Assembly: GCA_028716045.1 (NCBI GenBank)
Contig: JAQUQO010000001.1
Coordinates: forward strand, 384,942 to 448,941
DNA: 64,000 nucleotides
Direction of reading: 5' to 3'
DNA from: Patescibacteria group bacterium
Lineage (GTDB): Bacteria; Patescibacteriota; Patescibacteriia; JAQUQO01
Shown here one piece after another: positions 9,251-19,280 of this stretch (positions are counted from its first letter, which is position 1; each line of letters starts with the position of its first letter). The notes below the pieces were generated by a model. The model did no database searches, was not told the origin of the DNA, and saw nothing but the letters and a program-made list of their open reading frames with translations. The translations under genes were made by a program, and so were the position numbers.

Positions 9251-10189
9251 TTATATTTTTACCGCCACCCGCAGCTTGGCGCTGCGTGACGCCGGATTAA
9301 TTTTGAGCTCCCGTTCGCCCGGTTGAACGGCTTTTTTGGTTAATATTGTTAATGATGGCTTGTGGCCGCAGACACAGCGGGGAAATCTCGGCGGACAAAT
9401 ACATCCCCGCGCCGACTCTTTTAAAAAATTTTTCACTATTCTATCTTCCAGCGAATGGAAGGAAATAACCGCCACCCGTCCGCCCGGCGCTAAAAGTTCC
9501 AAAACGTCAGGCAAAACTTTTTTCAAATTATCAAGCTCGCCATTAACTTCTATCCGCAATGCCTGGAATGTTCTGGTGGCAAAATGGGTTTTATTGTGTA
9601 GATATCTGGGTGGGACCGACTGTTCTATAATTTTCACGAGCTCTGCGGTTGTGGTTATCCTTTTCTTCGCCCTTTCCCGAACTAAACTGCGGGCGATGCT
9701 TTTCGCGAACCGTTCCTCTCCATATTCGCGCAAAATCCGCGCTAATTCCTGCTCGCTGTAATTATTTACAATGTCCTCGGCCTTGAGTTCGCTTCGCTTG
9801 TCAAAACGCATGTCCAACGGACCAGCGCTTAAAAAAGAGAAGCCACGCTCCGGATCGTCGAGCTCACCTCGTGATAAGCCCAAGTCAAGTAATAAGCCGT
9901 CAAATTTAGAAAATCTGTTAGCATAAACGATATTTTTTAAGTTGGCAAAATTATCCCTGACTAAAATTATTCTGTTTTTGAATGGCTGAAGGCGGGTGGC
10001 CGCTTTTTTAAGCGCCCGCTCGTCTAAATCAATCCCGAGGAGTTTTCCCGCCGGCGAGGTTTTTTCTAAAATCGCTTCGCTGTGTCCCCCGTCGCCCAAA
10101 GTGCCGTCAATAAAATTTTCGTTCGGCTGAGGATTTAAATATCTAAGAACTTCCTCCTTGAGAACTGAATAATGAAATTGGCCTGCCAT
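9251..10189 (-). CDS. rsmH: 16S rRNA (cytosine1402-N4)-methyltransferase RsmH (MraW)
   Basis: FIDGTLGDGGHS and GGRVAVISFHSLEDRIVK motifs are present. Confidence 0.95.
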   Translation of the reverse strand: MAGQFHYSVLKEEVLRYLNPQPNENFIDGTLGDGGHSEAILEKTSPAGKLLGIDLDERALKKAATRLQPFKNRIILVRDNFANLKNIVYANRFSKFDGLLLDLGLSRGELDDPERGFSFLSAGPLDMRFDKRSELKAEDIVNNYSEQELARILREYGEERFAKSIARSLVRERAKKRITTTAELVKIIEQSVPPRYLHNKTHFATRTFQALRIEVNGELDNLKKVLPDVLELLAPGGRVAVISFHSLEDRIVKNFLKESARGCICPPRFPRCVCGHKPSLTILTKKAVQPGERELKINPASRSAKLRVAVKI

Positions 10190-10248
10190 AGTAAATTTTC
10201 GGGGAACAAATTATTTTGTATATTATCAAAACGAAAATGTGTATAGAT

Positions 10249-10284
10249 AGGAAAGAGGCAGAGTGAATCCGCCTCTTTCCTATA
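10249..10284. other. 12-bp perfect stem-loop in the mraZ-rsmH spacer
   Basis: taggaaagaggc-agagtgaatcc-gcctctttccta. It sits inside the operon between mraZ and rsmH, with no adjacent U-run. Confidence 0.4.
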
Positions 10285-10411
10285 GGACATATCTAAACTT
10301 TCCTCTTCCGCTGTCCGGTTAAATTTTTTGGTTTTTGATGATTTTGTTTTTATTTTAATCATCCAATACTTAACCGTCCAGCTTCGGGAAAAAATTTACA
10401 AATGTAAGGAG

Positions 10412-10873
10412 CTACACTTCGGCCTGGCCTAATTTTTCGGCAATCTCGCCTATGGATTTTTCGGTCTTCTCTTTATATGAATTCCATTTTCCTTCGTCCC
10501 AAATTTCCAAATGGTCATAGAGGCCGGTCACTATCACTTTTTTATTAAGCCCCGCGTATTTTCTCAAATACTCCGGCAAAACGATTCTCCCCTGCTTATC
10601 AATCTCCACGTCCATGGCTCCGGAAAGGCGGAGACGGGCGTAAGCTCTGTTATTCGCCTGATTGATAGAAAGTTTGGAAATATTTTCCGCCTCTTTTTGC
10701 CACTCCTCCAAAGTATGAATAAATAAACAATCGTCTAAACCTTTGGAAATCACCGCCCCCTTAGTTAAATCTGCCCTAAACTTGATTGGGACGGCCAAAC
10801 GGCCTTTTTCGTCTATGTTATGTGAATATTCTCCGATAAACATATTTGTTGATATTTTGATGGACTTATCCAC
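10412..10873 (-). CDS. mraZ: Transcriptional regulator MraZ
   Basis: MFIGEYSHNIDEKGRLAVPIKFR with a duplicated SpoVT/AbrB-like fold, upstream of rsmH. Confidence 0.95.
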   Translation of the reverse strand: MDKSIKISTNMFIGEYSHNIDEKGRLAVPIKFRADLTKGAVISKGLDDCLFIHTLEEWQKEAENISKLSINQANNRAYARLRLSGAMDVEIDKQGRIVLPEYLRKYAGLNKKVIVTGLYDHLEIWDEGKWNSYKEKTEKSIGEIAEKLGQAEV

Positions 10874-11100
10874 AGAATTTCTATCTTATCCCCACTTTTA
10901 TCCACCTAATACCATTATACACCATTTTAAACCATTTGGCAACCATCAAATGTGGGGATAACTCCACCGAGAAAATGTGCTCCGCGCTGGGTGTTTTACG
11001 GCTTTTATCGCTTGACATTATTTTGGGCTTATGTTAAAGTGCAACGTTCCCTATATTTGGGACCTTGAAAATAAAAATATCACTACCTTGGGAGGTTTTA

Positions 11101-11556
11101 ATGTTGATGACAAAAGAAACAAAGGATTATAAAGAAAAAGAATCGCCAAGTATTGAGAAGCTTCTCAAACGGATAAGAACAGAAGATACTTTGATGAGCG
11201 CCTTTCTTGTCCGCCGGAATCATAAGGAAGATTTGAAGAGATTATTGAAAGATTTGCCGAGTGAAGAATTTTCAAAAAGTTGCGGTGACCCGAGTTTAAA
11301 AACGCCGCTCTTAACTAAAATAAAACACTATGTATTCGGCAGTGAAACTGCGCTGAAAATAGCGCAAGCGCTAAACAAAATTGATGCCAATTATAAAAAA
11401 CTGGAAACGGAGTTGAAAAAATTTCAAAAGACGGACAGGCGAGTCTATTTTTATGTCCTTTCAACGGAAAACGGCGAGGTCTTTAGGGTTTTTGATGAAA
11501 TTACAGACGAAGCGAACAAAGAAATACGGGCCGCAAAAAAGAAAAAATTTTTCTGA
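11101..11556 (+). CDS. Hypothetical protein (charged, helical)
   Basis: Start chosen at an ATG preceded by GGGAGG. No motif I recognise. Confidence 0.4.
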   Translation: MLMTKETKDYKEKESPSIEKLLKRIRTEDTLMSAFLVRRNHKEDLKRLLKDLPSEEFSKSCGDPSLKTPLLTKIKHYVFGSETALKIAQALNKIDANYKKLETELKKFQKTDRRVYFYVLSTENGEVFRVFDEITDEANKEIRAAKKKKFF

Positions 11557-11624
11557 AAAATTCAAGGCAAAACAAAAGAGCCGTTTAACAAACGGCTCTT
11601 TTTAAATATCTTGTCTAATTGCCT

Positions 11625-12032
11625 TTACGCTTCCGGATTTAACGTATCCAATTCCGGGGTAATGCTTTTATTAAATACTTCTTCCCACTCATTACTTTTC
11701 TTGCCACGAAGTTCCCCTACCGTCTTCTCAATCATTTCGCCCCTCATCTTACTAATAAAAGAAATATTTTTAAAACTTAAATTTCTTCCCAAATAACTAT
11801 CAACCATCTTTTCCGCCCAAGCATGTAATTCTATTTCCTCCGCGGAAGCCTCTTTTCTTTCTAACTCTCCTGCCGTGGCTTTTCCAAAGGCTTTTTCAAT
11901 TTCTAAATCCAAATCCTTTTCAGCGCGGTGGCGTTCTATCTCTCCCGCTTTGGCAGAATTAATAGCATTCACAACCTCTTCCCCTGAAGGAAGTTCTTCT
12001 TTTTTCCCGAAAAGTTTTCTAAAAATATCCAT
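11625..12032 (-). CDS. Hypothetical protein
   Basis: 135-aa acidic helical ORF. A terminator-like hairpin lies at 11575-11605 downstream. Confidence 0.4.
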   Translation of the reverse strand: MDIFRKLFGKKEELPSGEEVVNAINSAKAGEIERHRAEKDLDLEIEKAFGKATAGELERKEASAEEIELHAWAEKMVDSYLGRNLSFKNISFISKMRGEMIEKTVGELRGKKSNEWEEVFNKSITPELDTLNPEA

Positions 12033-12213
12033 ATTATTTTTCCTCTCTTCCCGCCAGCTGGCGGATTATTTATCTTGATTTACAAATATAATTATAACAT
12101 ATTTTAGCGATTTTGTCAATACCCAACTATAATTTTAAAAAATCAATAAAATTGTTGCCTAAAAACAAAAACCCTGACTAAATCAGGGTTTTTGAAAAAG
12201 CTTGAAAAACTAA

Positions 12214-12495
12214 TTAGAGGACGGCTTCTTTGGCGGCCTTGGCTACGCGAAATTTCACAACGGTCTTGGCGGGAATAGTGATGGTGGCGCCAGTGGCCGG
12301 ATTGCGGCCCTGTCTCTCTTTGCGGTTAACCTTCACCAATTTGCCGATTCCCGGAACAACAAACTGCCCGCTTTTCTTGACTTCGCTGTAAGCCAGCTCG
12401 GTCATCTTCTCAAGAACCGTGCCAACATCCTTCTTGCTTACGCCGGCTTTCTCGGCCAACGCCTGCAAGATTTGGCTCTTTGTCATTTTTGACAT
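12214..12495 (-). CDS. hup: DNA-binding protein HU
   Basis: ILQALAEKAGVSKKDVGTVLE...VPGIGKLVKVNRKERQGRNPATGATITIPAKTVVKFR is the HU/IHF signature. Terminator at 12168-12195. Confidence 0.95.
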   Translation of the reverse strand: MSKMTKSQILQALAEKAGVSKKDVGTVLEKMTELAYSEVKKSGQFVVPGIGKLVKVNRKERQGRNPATGATITIPAKTVVKFRVAKAAKEAVL

Positions 12496-12707
12496 AGATT
12501 TCCTCTTAATTTTTAATTATTTTTAGTTAATTTGGCTAAAATTAGCAATTTTTACAATTTTCTTAGAAAATTTACACCCCCATTTCTAAAACCCCTTTAT
12601 TTATTGGCTTATTATAGCACAGTTAAAAAGTGCTGTCTAAACTGCGCAAGTGGATAAATAAAAAACCCGAACTTATAAAGTTCGGGTGTAATTTTCGGCT
12701 CTTGGAA

Positions 12708-13496
12708 TTAAAGCCCGTCCATATCGTCGTGATTCTCTTTATAAACAGAATGGACCAGTTGCGCAAGGTTAACTTCCGCACCCTCTTCTATCATTTCTTT
12801 ATGCAGAAAGTTAACTATATCAACCGCCGGACCAGTCGGAGAAGACACTTTCAGGACGGCTTCCTGCAGAGCGTTTTTGCCGTATCTGTTGATAACATTC
12901 AGAGCCGCTCCCCTTTCTCTTAAATGTTTTACATATCCGAAATCGGATATTGAGACCGCTTTCATAAGAGGAGTGTTGCCTTCATCGTCCTCCACCTCCA
13001 ACGACATTTCCCGCTTTATCATTTCTTCTACCACATATTCAAAAATTTGATTTTTCTGAGCAGTGGCGGGGACGGTAATGGCAATATGGAGCGGCGCTGC
13101 TTTTTCGCCAACCAGCTTAACAAGGGCGGCTCTTTTTTGGCAAAAGAATGTTACCATCTTTAAAATACCACCCTCAATCGCGACCGGAAGGGCTCTCTCG
13201 CCGCTCTTAGTAAGATGATTCAGGCTCCTATCATCAAAGGCGACGAAAAGCTTTTCTGCCATTTCAAGATACCCTTTAGCCGCGCAGATGATATAACACT
13301 CACTCCGCTCGTCCGGGGTTACATTGACAAGGACCCCCTTTTGAATAAAGTAATCAACAATATCACGGGCGTCGAGTCGCACGGCCTCCTTGAATTCCTC
13401 TGCCCTAACCGTTACCTCTGTCTCACCCTCTAGGTAGTATTTAATAAGTTTCAGGTTGCGATTACGAATAGCCGCCATTAAAATTTCATTTTCCAT
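12708..13496 (-). CDS. Ankyrin-repeat protein
   Basis: Several ANK-like repeats, for example DDEGNTPLMKAVSISDFGYVKHLRERGAALNVINRYGKNALQEAV. Terminator at 12661-12690. The promoter is embedded in palindromic element copy 2. Confidence 0.7.
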   Translation of the reverse strand: MENEILMAAIRNRNLKLIKYYLEGETEVTVRAEEFKEAVRLDARDIVDYFIQKGVLVNVTPDERSECYIICAAKGYLEMAEKLFVAFDDRSLNHLTKSGERALPVAIEGGILKMVTFFCQKRAALVKLVGEKAAPLHIAITVPATAQKNQIFEYVVEEMIKREMSLEVEDDEGNTPLMKAVSISDFGYVKHLRERGAALNVINRYGKNALQEAVLKVSSPTGPAVDIVNFLHKEMIEEGAEVNLAQLVHSVYKENHDDMDGL

Positions 13497-13565
13497 TCTT
13501 TTCTCTCCCTTACTATTTGATTGTCAAAAAATCCACTGCTGGCAATTTAACAGATTATTAAAAAT

Positions 13566-13604
13566 CTGTCAAGACCCGTCGGTCGCGATTGACGGGTCAA
13601 GTTC
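13566..13604. repeat. Palindromic operator/promoter element copy 2 (ctgtcaagacccgtcggtcgcgattgacgggtcaagttcc)
   Basis: Near-perfect palindrome. The minus-strand TTGACA lies 17 nt upstream of TAAATT, in front of the ankyrin gene. Confidence 0.7.
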
Positions 13605-13605
13605 C

Positions 13606-14805
13606 TTATTTTAACGCCAGAAGTTTTTTAATAATATCATCTCTTTGCTTCATGCTTAGAGCGTGTAAAACCACAATTATTTCCTTGCCCTTTTTCAGCG
13701 CCACATTTCTCTGCGCTTCCACTAAAAATCCGGTTTTAACTCCGTCAGGGTTAAAGCCGAGCAAACTGTAATTCCTGTTATTCACCTTAATGCTCCGCGA
13801 GGGAGTATTTATGACATACTCGGTGGATTTGGAAGTATCGGCTATTTCAGGAAAGGCAAAAGCGGTTTTGGCCAAAAGCGCCATCTCCTTGGGCGTACTG
13901 ACATTATGAGAATCAAGGCCGGTCATATCAAAAAATTTTGTCTTTTTAAGCCCAAAGCTCTCGGCTTTAGCGTTCATTAAATACACGAACTCCTCGCGCG
14001 GCAGGCCGGCGCTATCTGCCAGAGCCACCGCCGCCTGATTGGACGAGGCCACCAGCATGGCCACCCACAAATCGCGGAAGCTTACCCTGTCCCCTTCCTG
14101 CAAATCAACTTCGCTGGTCGCGTCCTCCCCGACTTTATCTTTGGGATAATTCAACGCGGCGGCGGTAATTATCACTTCCTTATTCCAATCCAGATTTAAG
14201 TCCAACAGCACTAAAGCGGTCATTAATTTTGTGAGCGAAGCCAGCGGCAAAATTTTATCAATATTACTGCCTTCCGCTTCGCTCTCATCCGTAAGTTTGG
14301 CGTAAGCCACGGAATTAAAAGTATAATCCGAGGTTATTTGGTCGCGATTCATCGGAATCTTCGCCAAATCTTTATTGGCAATCCCTTTGCCGAAACGGCG
14401 CATAATGGCAAAAGCTGACTGGCCGTCTTTCAGATAATATCGCAAGCCGTCCGCGGGATTAACATACCAGGCCTCGCCGCGGCTTTCCACTTGAATTAAA
14501 ATTTTACCTTTAACTCGCTCTACCAACTTTTTGTCCATTGTCTCTCCGGCTTTCTCGGGAATCTTCTCCAAATCTTTATTGGTGATACCCAACCCCAGCC
14601 GCCGCATCGCTTCGTAAGCGGCTGCGCCGTCTTTCAGATAATATCTCTCGCCGCTGGCGGGATTGACATACCAGGCCCGGCCATAGCTTTCTACCTGCAG
14701 TAAAATTCGGCCGGCAAAAATTTGGCTCAAATCCTTTTTTTCGGCCGCCCAAACAAAACTTGGGCAGAAAAGAAAAATTAAAAATAATAATAGCGCCTTT
14801 TTCAT
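13606..14805 (-). CDS. Serine-type D-Ala-D-Ala carboxypeptidase (PBP5/DacC family, peptidase S11) with two N-terminal tandem roughly 55-aa repeats
   Basis: SLTK (SxxK), SSN and KTG motifs are present. A signal peptide starts at MKKALLLFL. The duplicated module is ...ESYGRAWYVNPASGERYYLKDG...NKDLEKIP. Confidence 0.8.
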   Translation of the reverse strand: MKKALLLFLIFLFCPSFVWAAEKKDLSQIFAGRILLQVESYGRAWYVNPASGERYYLKDGAAAYEAMRRLGLGITNKDLEKIPEKAGETMDKKLVERVKGKILIQVESRGEAWYVNPADGLRYYLKDGQSAFAIMRRFGKGIANKDLAKIPMNRDQITSDYTFNSVAYAKLTDESEAEGSNIDKILPLASLTKLMTALVLLDLNLDWNKEVIITAAALNYPKDKVGEDATSEVDLQEGDRVSFRDLWVAMLVASSNQAAVALADSAGLPREEFVYLMNAKAESFGLKKTKFFDMTGLDSHNVSTPKEMALLAKTAFAFPEIADTSKSTEYVINTPSRSIKVNNRNYSLLGFNPDGVKTGFLVEAQRNVALKKGKEIIVVLHALSMKQRDDIIKKLLALK

Positions 14806-14848
14806 AGCGCTATTATTATACCAAAAAATTGTCGTTTCCGAAAGAAAA

Positions 14849-15208
14849 TTAAAATTTGAACTTGCTCGCGAGTTTACCAATCAACGGTAACTCTTTCTCT
14901 TTGCCGCCGGCCGCGTTTATCACTCCGATAATGAAAAGCGCCAATAGGCCAAGATGAAAAATCCAATAAATCTTCCACCAGACGTAAAAAGGCAGAACGG
15001 CGCTGATTACCCAAACAACCAAACAGGACAAAAAGAGCAACAAACCTTGCTTGACGTGAAACTTCACAAATGGGTCGTTCTTGGCGTCGGTCAAAAGCGG
15101 AATAAAGAAAAGAATGTAGGCGACAATTGCCATAGCCGTATTCTGCTTTTTGCCCGGCGCGGGGGGCGGATTTGTTTCCGGCTGATTTTGTTTCATCGGC
15201 TCTTCCAT
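14849..15208 (-). CDS. DUF4870-family small membrane protein
   Basis: DPFVKFHVKQGLLLF plus 3 TM segments. Confidence 0.55.
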   Translation of the reverse strand: MEEPMKQNQPETNPPPAPGKKQNTAMAIVAYILFFIPLLTDAKNDPFVKFHVKQGLLLFLSCLVVWVISAVLPFYVWWKIYWIFHLGLLALFIIGVINAAGGKEKELPLIGKLASKFKF

Positions 15209-15271
15209 AAATTGTTATTTATTTTTTAAAATAGTTTCTTTATTCGTATTTAAAAAATTATATTTGATTTA

Positions 15272-16186
15272 TTACGGTTGGAGAGCATCTTCTACCCGTC
15301 CGTTAACGGAAATAATCACTTCTTTGACTGTCGGAAATTGTTTGAGGGTTTCGGTAATTTGCGAGCGGATAGCCACCACACGACAGGAACCGCCGACTTG
15401 ATATTCTAATTGTTCATCAAACTCCGCCGTAGCCACGCCGTCTTTTATCGTCAAATTTTTCACCTTAACGCCGGAATTGATGTTAGAAAGATACCCCGCT
15501 GATTTTTCCGCTTCCGTCGGGCCTTTTAACAATTCTTCCAGCGCCGCCCGGCCGATGGCCTCGGTTCTGGGAATTTCCCGCTCCACGCTGAAAACTTTGG
15601 AGCAATCCAAAACCTCCGGGTCCAGCTTTTGATTGCCAAAAAATAATTTCATTTTAGACGTTTCCGATTTTTGAATCACTACCGGAATTTCAATTTTCTT
15701 CTCATTCTCCGGCAAACCCGAGGGATTATCATTCATTAATACCAAAGTACCGTTCTCTGATTTTAACGCCGTAAAAATCAAACTCCCCTTAAATGGCACC
15801 ATTTTCTCCGTCATCCACTCTCCCTCCGCCTCTACGCTCCCGCGGGCGATTTCCTCGCCGGCGTCATCTAAAAGTCGCGCCGGAAATGAGGCCTCAAAAA
15901 ACCAACTGCCGCGCGCCCGGCCGCTGATTTCCAAAGGACTTTTGATTCCCGCTCCCCGCGCCGGACTTTCCACCACGATTTCCTCGGATAAAACTGAATT
16001 CTCTTTTTTCTCCTCGCCGCAGCCCGACTCCGGCATAGCCGCTGACGGCTGGCCGTGTTTTATCCATTCGCCGTTCACGCAAATCCAAGAATCCTCGCCG
16101 GTAAAAATTCTTGCGCCGGCTATGGCTATTAAACCGACTGCTAAAATAATCAAAATAACTACGATAATTTTTTTCATATAATTCAA
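15272..16186 (-). CDS. Secreted/lipo-protein with Gmad2-like and GerMN domains
   Basis: N-terminal TM and signal. The C-terminal GSCRVVAIRSQITETLKQFPTVKEVIISVNGR is GerM-like. Confidence 0.55.
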   Translation of the reverse strand: MNYMKKIIVVILIILAVGLIAIAGARIFTGEDSWICVNGEWIKHGQPSAAMPESGCGEEKKENSVLSEEIVVESPARGAGIKSPLEISGRARGSWFFEASFPARLLDDAGEEIARGSVEAEGEWMTEKMVPFKGSLIFTALKSENGTLVLMNDNPSGLPENEKKIEIPVVIQKSETSKMKLFFGNQKLDPEVLDCSKVFSVEREIPRTEAIGRAALEELLKGPTEAEKSAGYLSNINSGVKVKNLTIKDGVATAEFDEQLEYQVGGSCRVVAIRSQITETLKQFPTVKEVIISVNGRVEDALQP

Positions 16187-16378
16187 TAATTATTTAATCC
16201 TTTTGTTTAAATATACCATAACCGGGTAAAATTAAAAGGAGCGCGCATTACGACGAATTTCTAGTAACGCCAAAACCGGCAGCTTAAGCTGCCGGTTTTT
16301 TATATTAAAGAGTTGAATATTTTTGTGTTTATAAAAAAGCTCCCACAAATGTGGGAGCTTAGAAAGCTCCGCTATCCT

Positions 16379-16678
16379 TTACCCTTTTCTTATTATTTTT
16401 CGAAACGTTTCCATTCTATCAACCTCAAAAATATTTGTGTAAGCCATGTCTATCAAAGAGCAAAGGTTCATTAGCTTCATAATTTCCCGATCGGTCAATC
16501 GCTCCGCTGACCTCACTATTTCCAGCTTTAGATCGGCATAGCGAAAAAGCCATTTTTTGGAATACTGAGATTTCTTACCACTTTTCCGACCCAAGGAGAG
16601 TTCTTTTGCAAGTTCTACAATGGAACTTTGCAATTCTCTGAATTCTTTCTTTCCCCTATCGCTCATCTTTCTCACCAC
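16379..16678 (-). CDS. Hypothetical protein
   Basis: 99-aa basic ORF with no recognised motif. Confidence 0.35.
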   Translation of the reverse strand: MVRKMSDRGKKEFRELQSSIVELAKELSLGRKSGKKSQYSKKWLFRYADLKLEIVRSAERLTDREIMKLMNLCSLIDMAYTNIFEVDRMETFRKIIRKG

Positions 16679-16738
16679 CTTTCTGATTTTGTTGAAGAAT
16701 GTAAATATAGTAGCACTCGTGGAGCCATTTTGTCAATT

Positions 16739-16812
16739 TGGCTCCGGGGCTTGGATTCGAACCAAGATAACATGCTCCAGAGGCATGTGTCCTACCATTA
16801 GACGATCCCGGA
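16739..16812 (-). tRNA. tRNA-Gln (anticodon CTG), CCA encoded
   Basis: Cloverleaf: acceptor TCCGGGA/CCCCGGA, anticodon stem CATGC/GCATG with loop CTCTGGA, T-arm CTTGG-TTCGAAT-CCAAG. Confidence 0.85.
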
Positions 16813-16873
16813 CCGCGCCCGCAACGCCTCGCAAGCTCGGCTTGCGATGGCGGGCGGAAAAATAAAAACAAAA

Positions 16874-18478
16874 TTATTCTATCACTTTCCCGCCGAATTC
16901 TTCAAGTATCTCACTGACTATCCCCTCCTGCGCCGTTTTTTCATCTTCCCCCGCCCTAAACCCCACATCGGCAACTATCGGCGTGATAATAATCTCTTCA
17001 CCAAAAACTTCTTGTAAAGTTTCCTCTATAATCGTCTTAATTTTGACTTCACCGGCTTTTTCTTGATGCAGTTTGTATTGAAAGCCGATACGCAGCTTAT
17101 CTTCGTCAAAATCCAAGGGCTGGCTAAGTTTCATAATAAACGGCAGAGAATGATTCTTGGCGCTGATTTTTTCCAAAAATTCCGGCCAGCGGGATTTTAT
17201 TTCTTCCGCGGTTATTTTTATTTTTTTCTTTCTCTTCACTTCTTTTTTCGCTTCAGCTTTTCCTTCTGCCGGCTCCTGTCGCATACCCTTCTCCTCCGCT
17301 TTAACAGAAGATTGACTGGCAACCGCCACGGATTCAATCCTTCCGGAGATTACATTTTCGTTGCTATTTAGTTTTTTTTTACTCTTGCCTGCGCTAATTT
17401 CAAAAATGGCTAACTCTAAAGGCAGTTGAACGATATCCGCATTTTTCAAAAGCGGAATTTTCTCCATAAAGACATTAATCATATTCAAAAGGTCAACTAC
17501 CTCAACGTAAGCGAGCAGATGCTTTATTTCTTTTTCGGTTTTTTCTTCAAAACCCTCGGCAAATTGCGCCAAGTCATTGCTAATTTTCACCAAAAGCATC
17601 TTGCGCAAAAATTCCACCGCGTCCTTGATAAACTGATTAAAATCCACCCCTTCATTTATAAGACGATTAACAAGTTCCAGCGCCTCTTTAGTCTTATCTA
17701 GAATCAAATATCCGACCAGCTCCGCCACCAGATTAAATTCCGAACGCGGAATCACGAGTTCGGCCGCGTCCTTAGTTATCTTTTTTTCTCCCAGGGAAAA
17801 AATCTGCCCAAGCAAGCTCTCGGCGTCGCGCAAACAGCCATCGCTATGGCGGGCGATATTTTCCAAAACTGCGTCTTCAATATCAATTTTTTCTTTCTGG
17901 GAAATCATTCTTAAACGCCCGACTAACTCGGCAGCGCCGATTTTTTTAAAATCAAAACGCTGGCAACGAGAAACAATAGTCAGGGGAATTTTGTGAACTT
18001 CAGTTGTGGCTAAAATAAAGATCACTCGGGCCGGCGGTTCTTCCAAAGTTTTAAGAAGAGCGTTAAAAGATGCCGTGGAAAGCATGTGCACCTCATCAAT
18101 AATAAAAACTTTATACTTGAGGCGCGACGGCGAAACGCGGGCGTTTTGGATAACGTTTTCACGGACATTATCAACCTGCGTATGCGTGGCCGCATCCATT
18201 TCAACAATATCCAGCGCGCGACCCTCGGTAATCTCGCGGCAAGCGGCGCACTCGTTGCAGGGCTCGGACTCCCCTTCTTGACGGCGCTCGCAATTAACGG
18301 CCTTGGCAAAAATACGCGCCATGGTGGTTTTGCCCACCCCGCGCGGTCCGGTAAATAAATAAGCGTGGGTGATATCGCCCGTTTCTATTTCGTGCTGCAA
18401 AGTAATCTTAATGTGGTTTTGATTAATAACGTCGGAAAAACTCTGCGGCCTGTATTTTCGGTAAAGTGTTTGAGACAT
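16874..18478 (-). CDS. dnaX: DNA polymerase III subunit gamma/tau
   Basis: YRPQSFSDVINQNH...LFTGPRGVGKTTMARIFAKAVNC gives the Walker A and Zn module. Confidence 0.95.
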   Translation of the reverse strand: MSQTLYRKYRPQSFSDVINQNHIKITLQHEIETGDITHAYLFTGPRGVGKTTMARIFAKAVNCERRQEGESEPCNECAACREITEGRALDIVEMDAATHTQVDNVRENVIQNARVSPSRLKYKVFIIDEVHMLSTASFNALLKTLEEPPARVIFILATTEVHKIPLTIVSRCQRFDFKKIGAAELVGRLRMISQKEKIDIEDAVLENIARHSDGCLRDAESLLGQIFSLGEKKITKDAAELVIPRSEFNLVAELVGYLILDKTKEALELVNRLINEGVDFNQFIKDAVEFLRKMLLVKISNDLAQFAEGFEEKTEKEIKHLLAYVEVVDLLNMINVFMEKIPLLKNADIVQLPLELAIFEISAGKSKKKLNSNENVISGRIESVAVASQSSVKAEEKGMRQEPAEGKAEAKKEVKRKKKIKITAEEIKSRWPEFLEKISAKNHSLPFIMKLSQPLDFDEDKLRIGFQYKLHQEKAGEVKIKTIIEETLQEVFGEEIIITPIVADVGFRAGEDEKTAQEGIVSEILEEFGGKVIE

Positions 18479-18632
18479 AGTTATATCTTAGTATAAATAT
18501 ATTAACTTATTATCTAAATAATATCAAGTAAATCGAAGAAATAGCTTATAACCTGAAACTTATAACTCCTAACTTAAAACGGCCTCTCGGCCGTTTTTTA
18601 TGTTATAAATTTGAGATACAAGTTATAAGTCT

Positions 18633-19244
18633 TTATTTCTTTATCACATTCTCCACCGCCGCCCAGGCGCTGCTCTTGTCTTTGGGAACAAGAATCACCA
18701 CATCATCTCCTTTTTCACCCTTAAAATACGACACGCTGGCTTTAAGAAGTTTGTATTTTCTATCTTCCACAATGGCAGAAAATTCTCCGGTATCGTCGTT
18801 CTCGAAAAGTTGACCCACCAGCCGTTCCCTTTCCACCGGACCGATTTGTTTATAGATGAAGGTGCCGCGCGCGGTGATGGTGAGTTTTAAAATATCTCCT
18901 TCAACTAATTTTGATTTGGAAGCATAATTCGCCGGCACGCTATATTGCTTGCCGTCGGGACCTATCATGTTCTGACCGTCAAAAACCCCCTCTACCGTCA
19001 TCCCCGTTTCTTTTTCCGCTGGCTTAATCAGGGTTTCGCCGCGGGTATCCAAACTCATCGGCAAATCCCCGCCCTTTTCTTCTAATAAGTCCAAAATCTG
19101 GCAAACAGAGCTTTTAATGTTTTCCAGCCGGCTTTTTATTTTAATCACTTCCGCGCTCGTCAAGGCCTCTTTTTCTTTGTTTTTATTTTCCTCTTCCTCG
19201 GCTTCCGTGTCACCAAGGTCTTCTTCTATAATTTTGCTTTTCAT
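18633..19244 (-). CDS. Hypothetical acidic protein
   Basis: 203 aa with a Glu-rich N-terminus. Terminator at 18574-18599. Confidence 0.4.
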   Translation of the reverse strand: MKSKIIEEDLGDTEAEEEENKNKEKEALTSAEVIKIKSRLENIKSSVCQILDLLEEKGGDLPMSLDTRGETLIKPAEKETGMTVEGVFDGQNMIGPDGKQYSVPANYASKSKLVEGDILKLTITARGTFIYKQIGPVERERLVGQLFENDDTGEFSAIVEDRKYKLLKASVSYFKGEKGDDVVILVPKDKSSAWAAVENVIKK

Positions 19245-19280
19245 ATTTTTATTTTTTAATTTTCTTTTATTTTGGAAACT

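Noticed and set aside
10135-10362. 75-aa minus-strand ORF overlapping the rsmH start
   Set aside because: It overlaps the rsmH N-terminus in another frame and extends into the spacer hairpin. It has no RBS.
16620-16871. ORFs 16620-16865 (+) and 16656-16871 (-)
   Set aside because: They overlap tRNA-Gln(CTG) and its GC-rich upstream hairpin. They are explained by the tRNA.
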